64,000 nucleotides of DNA from a virus (lineage: Duplodnaviria; Caudoviricetes): positions 43,437 to 107,436 of the IMG/VR virus record IMGVR_UViG_3300042554_002381; one strand, written 5' to 3'. The notes under the pieces are model-generated. The model did not search any database and was not told the origin of the DNA. It saw only the letters and a program-made list of their open reading frames with translations. Below, one piece after another: positions 1 through 13,700 of the stretch. Each line of letters begins with the position of its first letter. The stretch's first letter is position 1. Position numbers and translations under genes: made by a program.

Positions 1-1
1 T

Positions 2-388
2 GAGACCATTCAGTCTTCCAGAGGTGCGTATGGTCGTTTTGAAAAGTATGTCAAGACCAACACAGCCAACACTGCATCTTTGGGTGTGCTAATACCGTTT
101 CTTACCAATCCTTCTGCTACAGTGCTGGCGCCTCTTTCTTCCAGCAACAGAGGTTTTGACTGGACTGCGCAAGGTGTCGTTGGTAAAAACGGACAGCCTG
201 AGATCATGATCAACTTTAAGTATAAGAACCCAAAGACCAACATGATAGATCAAATGACAGAGCGCATGCCTTATCAACCTGGCAACGTAGAGTCTATTGA
301 CGCTGTGCTGAAGCTTATTGCTGACAGAGATGCCAATCACTTCATGAGCATAACTGCTTATGAAAACTACATTAACCAACAACGCTAA
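2..388 (+). CDS. 3' part of a probable virion/ejection-module protein (5'-truncated by the window)
   Basis: The frame of ORF 80..388 is open back to base 2. Its TAA lies 6 nt before the 1442-aa gene. Confidence 0.7.
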   Translation, partial: ETIQSSRGAYGRFEKYVKTNTANTASLGVLIPFLTNPSATVLAPLSSSNRGFDWTAQGVVGKNGQPEIMINFKYKNPKTNMIDQMTERMPYQPGNVESIDAVLKLIADRDANHFMSITAYENYINQQR

Positions 389-394
389 AGGATA

Positions 395-3300
395 ATGGCT
401 GACAATGTTTTTAACTTTCTGGATGATAACACGCTTGGCGTTGAAGAAAACAATCCTACAGGCAAGGCACCTCAGACTGATGAGTTTTCTGTAGCGTTTC
501 AGAAACTTAACCAGCAAAGTGACTTTGAAAGACAGCAGGCATCACGCCCACAGTCTCTCACAGAGCGTTTCAATGCGCCTGTTGGTCCATCTACTTTTAC
601 ATACACCCCAGAACAGACAGTAGATCCTTATCGCTACCAGAAAGGTTTCCAGGGAGAGTTCTTTAACCCTCTGGACAGCACCAACTACCAAAAGTTTGCT
701 GACCGCGAAACGTTTGGTTCAGCCCTGAGTAAAGGCCTTGACAGTTTTGCTTACAAGTTTGGAAACACCTTTGTAGACTACTGGAAAGGATATGGACGTA
801 TGGCAGATGCACTGGTTCACATGGACTGGGACCGCATGAAGCCTGATGAAGAAACCCTTGCCACGCAGTACTATAAAGATCAGCTTGACATGAATCGCAA
901 CTTTGTGTTTGAGCAACCTGAAAACGAAGACAGCATTTTTTCTAAGCGCACTATGAGTGAGTTTATAGGCAATGCTGGTTTTGCTTTGGGAACCTTTGCA
1001 GGTCTTGGTATTGAAATTGCAGCAGATATTGCCATTACAGCTGCAACTGGAGGCGCAGGTGCTGTAAGTTTTGGCGCAACAGCTGCAAGGCTGGGCGCAA
1101 AACAAGCTGCTGCACAGACAGCAAAATCAGGATTTAGATTTGCAGATGCACTGACAGACGTAGGCAAAGGATTTTCTTATGGCAACAAGAGTGTAGATGA
1201 AATATCTGCAGCTGCAAAGGTTGCAGGAAAGATTGATGAAACAGCAGCCCTTGGTAACATGAGCCGCAGCGCATTGCGTGACTCAATGTCTGAGACGTTC
1301 ACTGTGTACTCTAATAATTTTTTCAACATTGCAAAGTCAAAGAACTTGGGAGAAGTTGCCACCAACCTGCTGAAAGGAACACCGCTGGTGGGTACTGGTG
1401 TACGCTATGGTGAAAAAATTGCCGCGGCCTCTAAAGCAGGAGCCTCTACAGGCCAAATGATTGGCATGGGACTGCAAGGACTGCGTCGTGTGGCGCAGGA
1501 ACTTAACATGGCAGGTACAGAGGCAAGTTTTGAAGCAGTGACCTCTTATGGTGATACGCTGGATAAAATGGTTAAGCAGTATCAGGTAGACAACGAGGGA
1601 GCTGTACCTACAGCCGAAGAGTTTGAAGAGATGAGAAGTCTTGCAATGCAGGCAAGTACCGCTAACTATAACACCAACCTGGGACTGCTTCTTGCTACCA
1701 ACAAACTTCAGTTTGGAAACTTGTTTAACAGGTTTATTCCTGCCAACAAGTTTATGACAGAAGCTGCAGAAAACGTAATGGTTATCAACTCTAAAGCTGG
1801 CCAAGCGCTAATTAACAAATCAGGTTTTTTTGGCAGCTATGGTGTACTTGGAAAGGTTGCCAGAGAGTTTGGTAAAAAAGAAGCTGCCTGGCAGTTCTCT
1901 AAAGCTTTTACTAAGGACTTTTTGAAGTTTGAAGTCTCAGAAGGTCTGCAAGAGAATCTTCAAGAAACATCTGCTACTGCATGGCGTGACTACTACGCCG
2001 GTCAATTCAATGGTTTAGAAACCTCACTGTCTGACGCTTTTGGAAAAGGTGTCAGTGAGCAGTTTACTAAGCAAGGTCTGAAAACGTTTCTGATGGGCGC
2101 GTTTACAGGATCACTGATTCGCGTGCCAACAGCGCTTGCTTCCAGTTCATTTGAAGCTGCTAATCGCGCACTTATTAACCGCGAGTATGCAAAGACTCCT
2201 GAACTTAACCCCTACAAGCGTGCAGAAGAACAGTTCAAAAAAGACCTTGAGATACAGAACGCACTTTTCAAGCAGGCCAAAGAAGGCAGCTTTAAAGAAA
2301 AGATCGTAAACTTTGTGGCACAGACTGATGCTGCTCAACAGCAGGCAGAAGCTGCAGCCAAAGGATTGCGCTATGAGTTTGAAAACGGTCGCGACAACGC
2401 ACTACTTGCAGCAGTAGCGTCTGCTCAAAGAACGAACTCAATAGGCATGTTGCAACGCGCTATCAAAGACATGGGTAAGGACATGACGGCAGAAGAATTT
2501 GAAAAGTCTTTTGGTGTCAAGTTAGAAGACACTAAATACAAATCTGCAAGCGAGTTCTCAGAATCTGTTGCTAGAGATGTTAAGAAATACTCAGACGTTA
2601 TTGAGGGCCTTCGCACTAAGTTCAAAAGCACCATGGCCAATCCTGCACAGTATGACAAAGGCAGCAGAGGCCAGTACGTTGCAACATTGATGCGCGGTGC
2701 GCAGGAAGAAGCCATACAGGTTCTTGCCCTTAACGCTATTAAGGGTGACATGTCAGCTAACAGAGCCAAACAGATTGCTGAAGAACTGATGTCTTCACCT
2801 GGGATTGGAACCAGTGCAGATTACGCATTGCGAGCACTCACTAGTGCTACATCACTGCAAGGTGAACTTAAATCTTTGTATGCAGAAATCAGGATTTTAG
2901 AAGAGCAGCTTAAAGCTGAAGGTCTTGATGCTGACACAAAAAACAGCATCAAAGAGCAACTTGACAGTAAGATTAAAGAAGAAAAACTGCTGTCAAAGTG
3001 GGCCAGTTACTGGGAGGTCAGAGACAGCATTATAGGATACGACAAGGAGAACAAACCTGTTAAAAGCAAGCAGATTGTAGATGTCTTTGTAGGAAAATCT
3101 ATTGACAAAACACAGACTGTCACAGATGAAAACGGCAATGAGGTTGAAACAGTAGACAGGACATTTGATCCTACTGACCCAGAGGTTGTAGAAACGTTTC
3201 GCCAGTTAATGAACATCAAAAACAAACAGGCAGGAAACAGCACTGATATTTCTGAAGAGGTCATGCGTGACAGCTTTCAGAAGATCTATGACTACATCCG

Positions 3301-4723
3301 CCTGGACCGCGACACCAAAGACTACATGCGCAGTGTTGATGTGCTCATGAACCCTGATAACTTCCGCCAAATGCAGGAGCGTATGGTAGATGGCAAGTTT
3401 AAGTTCAACCTGATTCTCTATGTTGACAAACTAGACGATGATTTATACAACAGGACTTTGGAGATTCTTAATGATCTGGCGCCTGGTGAACAAGATGCAG
3501 TAAACATAATTGAAGACTTAAGAAGCGCACTTGTTGACTCTGAGAACTATAAGAATTTGTTGGTAGTAATTACTAACCCTGATATAAGCATTGAGCAGGA
3601 AGACTATGCGTTTAAATTGTATGAAGATATTGTTCAGGACTTGCTTAAAAAAGAAGCAGAGATCAGAGTCAAGTATGCACCTAAAGAATACACAGATGAT
3701 ATCTCACAAGAGGACTATGACGAGATCATTGCTACTAAAGAGTTGGATCCTGTAATTAAGTATCTTATTGCAAACAAACTTTCACAAGGTATAGCGTTGT
3801 CTGAGCGTGAAGAAAAGGTTTACAATATTTATAAAGACGCAATAGACAAAGAAGTAGCACCTTCTGAAACACCTGTTACGTCTGGCACTACTGTAGATCC
3901 TGCAGAACAAACTCCTGCCCAGGAGTTACCACCTGTAATTACAGTTGGACCTGATGGTGAGGAGGTTATTGAGGAAACTCCCGCAATAGCAGCAACACCT
4001 TCGCAAACTTCTGAAACTTTTACAGACTCAGTGGACGATGCAAATCTTGCGTTTTTTGGAATGAGTCCACAGACTGCTGTCACAGAACAAGAGACAGCTT
4101 TAGAGCAAGAAACACCTTTTGCTGCCACCGGCACAGAAGAGCAGGGATACGACGTAGTAGATCGCAACAACAATGCAGTTAATCCTGAAAAAATCTCTAG
4201 TGCTGAACAAGCTGTAGAGCTTGCAGAGAGCATGAACACTACCAGGGCTGACCTGGATTTTGTGCAGAAGCTTATGGGCACTACAGACACAGCAATGGTC
4301 ACCAAAGCACTTGAGATATTTCAAAAGTCCATGGAGCAGTACAACAAGCGCAAGAAGACCGGTTTTACTACACTGGAAGAGTATTACAAAACTCCTGATG
4401 GTAAACGTTTGATAGATGCAAACAAAGAAGCATTGATCACAGGTAAACCTGTAAACTACAAGCAAAAGCCTGTGGCTGTGGCAGTTAGCCCTGTCACAAG
4501 CCAGGTCACATTGTTTGACTCACCAGCCACCGGAAACGTTGCAAGTTTAACTCTTTCAAGTTTAGAAAGTCTTCACGCTAAAGTCAAAGAATTTAGAGAG
4601 CAAGCTCTACAAGATCCAACTAAATTTAGTAAATTTGTAGAGACAGGAAATGTGCCATCTGCTCCCATCACAGAAGCTTCTATTCTTAACAAGCTTCAAG
4701 ACATTACTCGTTGCTTTTCATAA
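395..4723 (+). CDS. Large virion ejection (cargo) protein, 1442 aa
   Basis: Long helical ORF with a Gly/Ala-rich hydrophobic segment (GNAGFALGTFAGLGIEIAADIAITAATGGAG) and an EGLQENLQ motif typical of phage ejection proteins. It lies directly upstream of the vRNAP. Single Cys at residue 1440. Confidence 0.75.
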   Translation: MADNVFNFLDDNTLGVEENNPTGKAPQTDEFSVAFQKLNQQSDFERQQASRPQSLTERFNAPVGPSTFTYTPEQTVDPYRYQKGFQGEFFNPLDSTNYQKFADRETFGSALSKGLDSFAYKFGNTFVDYWKGYGRMADALVHMDWDRMKPDEETLATQYYKDQLDMNRNFVFEQPENEDSIFSKRTMSEFIGNAGFALGTFAGLGIEIAADIAITAATGGAGAVSFGATAARLGAKQAAAQTAKSGFRFADALTDVGKGFSYGNKSVDEISAAAKVAGKIDETAALGNMSRSALRDSMSETFTVYSNNFFNIAKSKNLGEVATNLLKGTPLVGTGVRYGEKIAAASKAGASTGQMIGMGLQGLRRVAQELNMAGTEASFEAVTSYGDTLDKMVKQYQVDNEGAVPTAEEFEEMRSLAMQASTANYNTNLGLLLATNKLQFGNLFNRFIPANKFMTEAAENVMVINSKAGQALINKSGFFGSYGVLGKVAREFGKKEAAWQFSKAFTKDFLKFEVSEGLQENLQETSATAWRDYYAGQFNGLETSLSDAFGKGVSEQFTKQGLKTFLMGAFTGSLIRVPTALASSSFEAANRALINREYAKTPELNPYKRAEEQFKKDLEIQNALFKQAKEGSFKEKIVNFVAQTDAAQQQAEAAAKGLRYEFENGRDNALLAAVASAQRTNSIGMLQRAIKDMGKDMTAEEFEKSFGVKLEDTKYKSASEFSESVARDVKKYSDVIEGLRTKFKSTMANPAQYDKGSRGQYVATLMRGAQEEAIQVLALNAIKGDMSANRAKQIAEELMSSPGIGTSADYALRALTSATSLQGELKSLYAEIRILEEQLKAEGLDADTKNSIKEQLDSKIKEEKLLSKWASYWEVRDSIIGYDKENKPVKSKQIVDVFVGKSIDKTQTVTDENGNEVETVDRTFDPTDPEVVETFRQLMNIKNKQAGNSTDISEEVMRDSFQKIYDYIRLDRDTKDYMRSVDVLMNPDNFRQMQERMVDGKFKFNLILYVDKLDDDLYNRTLEILNDLAPGEQDAVNIIEDLRSALVDSENYKNLLVVITNPDISIEQEDYAFKLYEDIVQDLLKKEAEIRVKYAPKEYTDDISQEDYDEIIATKELDPVIKYLIANKLSQGIALSEREEKVYNIYKDAIDKEVAPSETPVTSGTTVDPAEQTPAQELPPVITVGPDGEEVIEETPAIAATPSQTSETFTDSVDDANLAFFGMSPQTAVTEQETALEQETPFAATGTEEQGYDVVDRNNNAVNPEKISSAEQAVELAESMNTTRADLDFVQKLMGTTDTAMVTKALEIFQKSMEQYNKRKKTGFTTLEEYYKTPDGKRLIDANKEALITGKPVNYKQKPVAVAVSPVTSQVTLFDSPATGNVASLTLSSLESLHAKVKEFREQALQDPTKFSKFVETGNVPSAPITEASILNKLQDITRCFS
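4630..4637 (+). promoter_or_regulatory. Bacteroidota -7 promoter element TAAATTTG upstream of the vRNAP gene
   Basis: Matches TAnnTTTG, is followed by TAGA, and lies about 115 nt before the ATG at 4751. Confidence 0.4.
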
Positions 4724-4750
4724 GCACATTTCTTCTTTAACCCAACTATA

Positions 4751-7700
4751 ATGGCGTGTCAAATACAAACTGACAAGTACACTGGCATTGTTCTGGATCT
4801 GATAAGACTGGAGCCTACTGTATATAATAACTTTGACAATGCTGCTTCTTTTATTCTGAGAAGCGGGCTGACTCCAGAGCAGAAGATGCTCTCTGTGCAT
4901 AACCTGGCGCACATCTACGCAGGTCTTGCTGACTTGGACTCTTCCTACTATGAGAAAGGCAAGGCTGATCAGGTCAGCAGCATGATCGCTGCTACAGAAA
5001 ACCCTGAGGGATATGTAAAGATACTTTCAGAACTTTATGGTATATCCAAGCCTGCAGAACTCAAGCTGGACAGCATCACTAAAAAAATTGAGGCACTTGG
5101 TGGCAAAACAGTCATCAACCGCGCAGACTTGGTAGGCACCAATGGCATAGTAACCCTGATCAAAAACTACTTTGCTACCCACAGCTTTGCCAATCTGGAA
5201 GAAAGAACCCAGTTACTGGAGCAACTTTCAGCGGCACTGCGTCAGCAAATCATAGACAGTCAGATGCCTCAGGACAACAAAGATGGCCTTGAGTCTTTGA
5301 TAGGTGACATGTTTGCCAGTCTGGACAAGCGTTCAGACTTTATTCCTATTACTGAAATTGCGCAAGAAGCACAGCTTAGAAACATGCTGGTAACTCTTGC
5401 CAATGGAGAAATGGTAGAAGCTATCTCAGAAAACGAGGTGCTCTATATGATCAGTAACGACGGTTCACTTGAAGCTCTTTCTGAAGACCAGATTGTAAAC
5501 TTCAAGCAGTCGCGTCCCACAGACACTTTCCAGGGAAACTCCAGTGAGCATATTTTTTATGAGGACACCATTTTAAGCAGTCTGCGTGTAAAGCCTGTTA
5601 ATCCTGAGGATACAGCAGAAATATTTAAAGCACTCAATCATCCACAGCCTCTTACAATGGTGCGTATTCATGCTGTTAAAGTCAGCAGCGTGGGTGATCA
5701 GCGTGTGGAGCGTATCCAGAATTTGGCGCAGTCTGATCCAGCAATGGCAAAGCTCGCCAACAGGCAGCATGAAACTTTTGAAAACAAAGCGCAAACAGAA
5801 TATCTACTTTCTGAAAGCACTGGTAAAGTAGTGACCTTGTCACGTCCAAAAGCATCAGAGCAAAGCTTTGTGCTTGTAGGAAATATTATCGGCACAGACA
5901 AGAAGTTTTACCTGTACAGTAATGACAATCTTACATTTGTATCTTCTGACAACACTACTGAGCGGGTTGATTTCAACAACCCAGGGCACCTTGCAGAGTT
6001 AAAGCGCCTTAGTGTCAAAACAACCGGCGCAGAAAGAGTGGAGTTGACAGACCAGGATATTGAAACACTGCAGGATAGTGCCAAACACTACCAAGAGTTT
6101 GTGGCTTCTGTACAGGATGATTTGATGTCAGAATTTGCTGGCGGAAGAACCTCTGTGGACATTACAGAGCAGTTTGCTCAAGCGTATCAGATGCAGTCCA
6201 CACGGCCTTTTAAGACTCTCACACCTCTTGGTAAAAAACTTGAGTCCGACCCTTCACTGTACAAGCTGCTTACTATTGTCAACACAAAAACTGGGGCTAA
6301 AGAAGAGCGCCAGATACCGTTTTTGTACAATCGTGTTCAGGGGGTTCTAGCAAATTTTCAGCTGGTAGATGTCCTTGATAAAGATGAAAGAATAGAGCAT
6401 ACGCCACAGCCAGGTGCTGAACCAGTGCTTATGAACATGGATGATTATGCAAAAGAGGTGCTTGGTCTTAACTCTAACAGTGTTGAAAAGCTTTTAAAAT
6501 CTACAGACCAGCGTCAAATGAACGTGGTCATTAAGTTTAGAGAGGGTGCTGTTCCTACCTACAACATTGCAGAAAATGTGGCTACAATGTCACCGGTGGA
6601 AGAGTTTGCCAACTTTATTTTTGAGCTTGGCAGTGTATTGACCAACAGTACCAACAGAGGTACAGACGTGAAAAACTTTGATGTTTTTCAGTATGCTTTT
6701 AAACCTGCTACTAGTAAAGCAGTAGGCGACAAACCACTTTATGTTGCGTTTTCAACCACTATAAAAGGACAGCTGCAGTTTTGGATTAAGCCAGCCAAAA
6801 GAGATGGTCGTTATGGTTTTATGGAAGAAAACAAAAAACCTTACAACTTTTTGTTTGATGAGAAAATTATTACTACTACTGCAAAAGCACTTAGTGAAGG
6901 AAAGCTTGTAAAACAAATTCAGGAAAAGTTTCCTGAGCTTGCAAAGTTTGATCTTAGTAAACCTGAAGATCTTTACGAGTTTTACAGAACAATTACTGTC
7001 ATGAGCCGCAGAGGTTCTGTGGATGCACTAATTATAGATCTTGCCAATGCTGTCAAAGAAGCGCAAGAAAGGTTTTCTCAGCAAATCCGTGATCAGGTGC
7101 TAAACAAACTTGAGTCACAGACCAGTGAAGATACCAGATTCATGCAGAATCTTAGAGAGGATTTTACTTACAATGGTGTATTTAAGCCAGAGTTTTTGTT
7201 TTTTCGTGAAGAAAAAGATGGTAATGTTGTACCCAACATTTCTTTTTCACCAAGATACACTCCTAAAAATGGCATTAATGCACGCACGCGTTTTGCTTCT
7301 AATCTGAACAACTACATGCATGTGGATTCAGGTGCAAGACGCTTTGTCATTACTCCTAAAAATGATGTCAGCAACCTGAGTAGCATTCCTGCTCCTGCGC
7401 CAGCACCTGTAACAGTAGAATCCCCTGCGCAGATACATGTACAAAATCCTGTGCAACAACCTGTAGCACCCAGTACTATTGATATACCACGCATGCCCAT
7501 GTTTAGCATGATGGCAGGCAATGTAGAAACAGAAACAGATGCTGAACGTCTTAGCGCTGTTGCCTGGTTAAAGAAAACATACCCTCAGTTTCAGCTTTCA
7601 GAGTTTGACCTTTCTACACTGATTGAACTTTCCAGTCTGGATGGAACTGTACTGGGGATGTTCAAAGACCGTGTGATCTATCTCAACAACCAGATCAAAG

Positions 7701-10700
7701 GTAAAGGTACTGTTTACCATGAGGCCTTTCACGGTGTGTTCAGGTACCTGATGACAGATCCATATCGCGCAGGTCTTGTAGACTTAGTATCTGGAATGAA
7801 AGTCCATGCTTCTAAGTTTACAGAAGAGTCACTCAAAGAGTTTGCACGCAAGCGTAACTATGTCTATGACAAGACGCGCATGAAACAACTTCAGGCAGAA
7901 GAAATTCTTGCAGATGGTTTTCAAAAATATATGACAGACAACAAGAAACCTAAAGGTGTTCTTGGTGACCTGATGCAGTTGCTCAAGCGCTTGATTGAAA
8001 TGTTTACAGGCAAGAGCAATGAGATTGACAGACTGTACTCTCGCGTAAGCAGTGGTTACTACACAGGCTCTGTCATGGCTTCTGAAATATATGATGGTCA
8101 GGCAGCGTATGAGATCATTGAAGGTCTGGTTGAAATTGAAAATTTGCCTGGTGGTGTAGGAATTACAGACAGGATTGGCAGTCTTAATTCTGCAGAACAG
8201 CAAAATGAGCTGGTCAATATGGTGACTTATTACATGCTCAAAGGATACAATGACAAGCAGACGTTTGAGCAAAACTTTGACAGAATGGCTAAAGTTATTC
8301 TGGATAAAGAGTACAACCTTGACAGGCTTATTGCAAACCATCCTGAGAAACGTGATCAGATTCTTGAAGTTCTAGGTAATACCTGGAAGAACTACCGTTT
8401 CATGTTGGGTGCACGCATGCTGGGTGAAGTACTGCCTGACTTAAACAACACAGGCAATCCTGACTATGATAATCTGGTACGCCCTAACTCAGTAAAGCGC
8501 AATGACGGTGCAGGAGATAGCTTTGTAGACAACGCCAATGGTCAAGAGTCTAAAAAGACCCTGATGAAGCTTGTCAAAGCAAACTTTGAAAAGATTAATG
8601 CGCTTGTAGAAGGCAAGCCAGAACAAGAAGACACGCTTACAGCAGATAGAATTGACGAGCTCATTACAGATGAAAATCCTGCTGTTTACAATGAAGATGA
8701 TGAAACCGGTTCTAATGACCAAGAAACTGACTCTGCAGATTTTGACAGTGGATTGAATCAGTACAACAAACTTGAAGGAGTCAACAAAGAGATCAGAAGG
8801 TTTTTGGCACTGGTAAAGTATGACCGTGTAGATGAAAGACTGGGCATTACGCTGCCACGTCTTGTCAACGGCAATCAGATGTTTGGTGTACTTATGAGTG
8901 TTACATCAGACATAGAGGTAGATAACATTATTGACCACATTAAGGTTGTAGCAAAAACTGCACGCTATGATGGAAACAATTTGCTGGCCGATGATCTTGA
9001 CAACATTTACAGTAAGCTGCAAAAGCTTACAAACATTGACAGCAATGGTAGGCCTCAAAGCAATCAGCAGCTTTACAACATGATGATTGATGCGTTGGAT
9101 ACTACTGAGCTTGACTTTATAACTACTACAGTCTATACCAATAAAAAAACTGACCCATACTCTGGAGAGGACATGGGTACAAGCACAGGAAATTACACAA
9201 TCAAAGACCAGGTTTTGTTTCAGGACACCAATCTGCGCAAAACAAATATCATTACCTCCATTAAGACTAAGCATGCTTCTTCTGCAAAAGATGAAGCATA
9301 TCTTAAGGCTGCTAGAGATCTGTATGATCTGGCAAAGAACAAGATTTATGCTGGCAACTATATTTTAGACAGTGCTGGTTCTAACCAGGGTCAAAAGCTT
9401 GAAGAAATTTCTACTCAGTTGCACACTCTCATGGGAGAAGTTGGCATCAATGTACCCAAGTCTTTGATACGTCTGTCACTACTTGCTATAGATAAAATAC
9501 AGAACAATGTGGTGCACGACAATGCACAGTTTAGCCAGGATGTTTTGGATCACTACAACAATCATGAACAGATGATTGCTGAAGGGATCTATTTTGAAAA
9601 GGACTTCTTCTTAAGCATATCACAGATTCTTGAAGAGGCTGTAAAAAATACAAACAATCATGATGCTTTTGCAAGGTATATAACTAAAGACAAAAATGCA
9701 GAGTTACCAGTAGATCGTTTTAATGTAATTCTGCGCAGAGCAGCTGCCTACATTGTCAAGTATGACCCACAAGGTATACAGAGTACAGTTAAAGACTCAG
9801 AAAACAAGTCGCGTTACCGGTTTGTGAGTTACACGCCGGCGCTACGTCTGGCGCAAACTTTGAGAAGAAAAGGACTGGAGGAGACACTGAAAGAAGACCC
9901 TTACTTTGAACAGTACATAAACGACTGGTTCAAAGACAATCCAGCAATGGGGGTTCTACTTGATCCAAAAGGCAGTGCTACTGACAAAGCAAAGCAAGAA
10001 CTGTTCTTGCGCAACTTCCGCGTTGCCATGTTTGGTGGTGTTAACCAGGTGTTTGACGGCAAGTTCAAACCTGGTAAGAGTTTTAAAAACATTGACAGCA
10101 AGTCAATGTATATCACACACCTTCTTTCTTTTCTGAACAGAACCTCTCACAAACAAGTTGTTAAAGATGCTGAAGGAAAAGACACACTTGTTGAGATACA
10201 AACTTACCTGCGCAGTTTTTCACAGCTTGAGTCATCGCAGACTAACTTTTTGATTTCTGCAATGTACGAGCAGTATGCTGACAACACCGGCATGCTGGAA
10301 ACAAAAGATGGACACCTCAAGATTACAGACATACTTACAAATGCTGTGCGTCAGGAATACAATCGTATTCAGCGTGAGTACAACAAAAGACTTGAAAGAA
10401 AACAGGTCTTTGACGCAGGAGAAAAGCACAGTCTGATTTTGAAGTTTAACGCTACACATCAAAAAGACGATGTGACAAAGGCAGAAGTTAACAGCACAGA
10501 CTTGCGTGCATACAACTTTATTGGCAAGATACCAGATTTTTTTCAGGCAAACGCAGAACTGGTCACTAATGACACCAACACTGGTTTGCGCGATCTGGCT
10601 TTTGCAGGTACAAAGTTTGAAGAACTGCCTGAAGATGTAATGGTTACACTTCGTAACCAGTTGAACACCTATGCACAACAAGCGCTTCAAAAACATCTTG

Positions 10701-13700
10701 ACAGGCTTGTTGAACTTGAAGTGCTAAAAAAAGATTCACAGCCTACAAGAACTGCTGCAGGCGCAGCCTTTGTTCAGAAAGGAACTGATGGAACCATTAC
10801 AAAGTATACATCAAATCTTATTGCGCCTACACTTATTGTAGATGGAAAAAAAGAAGGAAACGTTCTTGAAAACAAGTATTACAAAACACCCAAGAACTAT
10901 GGTGAAAAGTTAAAAAACACAGAGATACCATCTGATGAAATTCCAGCACCTGTTGAAATTCCAGCACAAGAAAACATGGAAGGTTTTGTGGCAGATGCGT
11001 TCTTTAACTTCTGGGCTAACTCACTTACAGTAAATGACTTGCTGGATGGTGACAGTGCCATGAACGTAAAAGATCCTTCTGATTATTTCAAGCGTCAGAA
11101 AAAACAACTTGCTGCAGGATCTACGCCTAAACGCGGCGATCACAAAGTTGCGTATATCAATACGATCAAAGCTTTTATACATGAGACCTACCCAATGTAC
11201 GGGCCTTATTACAACGCAGATGAGATCCTGGGTGATGAAAGGCTTTCTGAAAACCTGCGTGACATCTTAATTGCTGACTTTGCTAAAGCACAGAGCGGCG
11301 TAAAAGAAAGAATTACTGACCCAAGCACAGGTATTGAAAGAACCATTAAGTATGGTGACATGATGCGTGAGGTTTTTGATGGTCAGAGTTTTTCTACACT
11401 AATGCACCAGATGGATATGCACGATGCCATGGGTCGTCTGAGTGCAGAGGCTGCAGAACTAATGATAGCAAAGCACTATCGCAAGCTTACTGCAGATGAA
11501 ATATCATTGCTTGAGAGAAACAACATTGTAAACAACTCTAAAAAGACAGTGACTTCAACGCGCAATGCGTATCATAAACAGTCTGAGGTTCACATTGACC
11601 GTAACGATGTGTCTGTGTTTGTTATCCCTGAAGAAGTTCTTGTGTCTCCTGAAAGAAAAAGGGAATACATCAAAAAAGCACAGGACACTATTCACATGCT
11701 TTACGCAGAAGTCTATTCTTTAAGGGATGCTGCAAAAGAGGCGAAAATTGCTGGTCTGGATCCTGCACCATTTATGACACAGATAAAGGTTAACATGCAG
11801 GAGATACATAAGTACTATAAGCCTATTCCTTCTCGCAAAATACTGCATGATCTGTTGAACGCCATGGAGTTCCACCAGATAGATCACTTGATGGACACCA
11901 CTGCGTCTAAAAACGCCACACTGCTACCGGTTGATATCTTTACTGAAAGTCAAAAGCTTACAGAAGGAAGTTACATTAACCTTGAAATGTCTTCTATGGC
12001 TGTTGACAACCGCTATAAGTTTCTGCAGGTAGAAACATCAGGTGTCAAAGACACAGCTAAGTTTTCTGTACAAGCCAAAGCGCTGATAGCTGCAGACCTT
12101 TTAAATATTGCTGAAATCATGCGCGCCTCTGGAAGAGACATTGCAGAGAGTGAGCAAAAATCTATGGAAAAAGTTGCCACTATTCTGAGAACTTATCAGC
12201 GTACACTTAAAGACGTCGGTGAGTCAAACTTAGTTAACTTGAAAACAATCTTGCGTAAGGACGGCGACTTTGAAGTGGGTAAAATCTTCACCCTTATCAG
12301 AACTTCTTTGGAGTCTCAGGGAGCACCAGTAAACACGCTTAAGCTGTTTGATCTGAATGTTGATGGTACACCGGTGCACTCGCCCAACCTGCCAGGAATA
12401 CGTAACATGCTGGAGTATTATTTCTTCTCACAGTACTCTAAGCATATCACTGATGAAAAGCGTTCTGGCTTTAAAAGTATTCACATGTCTTCTTTTGGGT
12501 ATGACCTAATGACAGACATGGATGGCAACATCATTCGCAGTGAAGACTACCGCAGGAACTCTGCCAGGTATCCTAATGTCAAAACGCGTCCTTTGGGGGT
12601 GTCTGTAGAGACAAATCCGGATGGCACCAAGACCTATTTTGTAGAAGTGATTGTACCCAAACCTCAGTTCAGAAATAAAGAACATGAGGAGTTTTACATG
12701 AAGCAGCTGACCAAGATGTTTGCCACACGTATTCCTACAGAGGATAAGCGATCTATGATCGTACTTAAGGTTGTAGACTTTATTGACAGTGCAAACCTGA
12801 ACGGTATTATTGTACCGCATTTTGTGCATTTACTGGCAGGTTCTGACTTTGACGTGGACAGCTTGTATGGACAGACACTTGCGCATTACTTTAATGCTGA
12901 TGACAAGCCTGTACTCTATGGAGACTACAGCGCTTATAGCTCTGAAGACGCCGGTCGTTACACAGAGTTTGTGGAGTACATGAGCAAAGACGATGATGTA
13001 AGTATGTTGGTTAAGTCAGAACTCTCTAAGATTGAAGCGCTGGGTGAAAACTATACACCTTCTGACAATGCTAAGACTTTAGTAGGATACACTGCAGAAA
13101 GACTTTCAGAAGACGTTGATACGCTCAAGAACTACGACGCTGTATTAGCTGCATTTGAAAAGCTGGGTCTACCTGTCACACTAGAGAACTTTCTTGCCAA
13201 TCCTAAGTACAAAAAAGTAACGCGCCCTGCGTTTCAGAATGCAAACCTGCGTTCAATGATGGATATTCTGTCAAACGAAGCAGTGTTCAATTATCTCTAT
13301 ATCAATGAGCGTTCTTCAGTGCAGGCCTTTGAAGACATTGCTGAAGAATTTGGAAGAGACGTTAAGCAAATGGGTGGTGGGTACAACCACTTGTCTATTG
13401 ACGGTGTGGTTACCACCAAGAATATCAGTGGTGTATACAAGTCAGGTATTGGTATTGCAGCTAATATCAACAAGTTTGTTGCGCTGGCGTCACAGTTTGG
13501 ACTTGAGTTAAATTCTCAAAACGTCATTTGGCAGTTTCAAAACGCAGTTGAGAAAGGCAAAACAGAAACAGGGGAGACTGAGTATGACCTTACTTTGAGG
13601 AAATACACCAACTTTGGTACTCTGAGTGAGGAAAACCAGCGCGTTATTGCAAGCATAGGAAACATCCTGGGCATGTTTGCAGATGGTATGAAAAAACCTA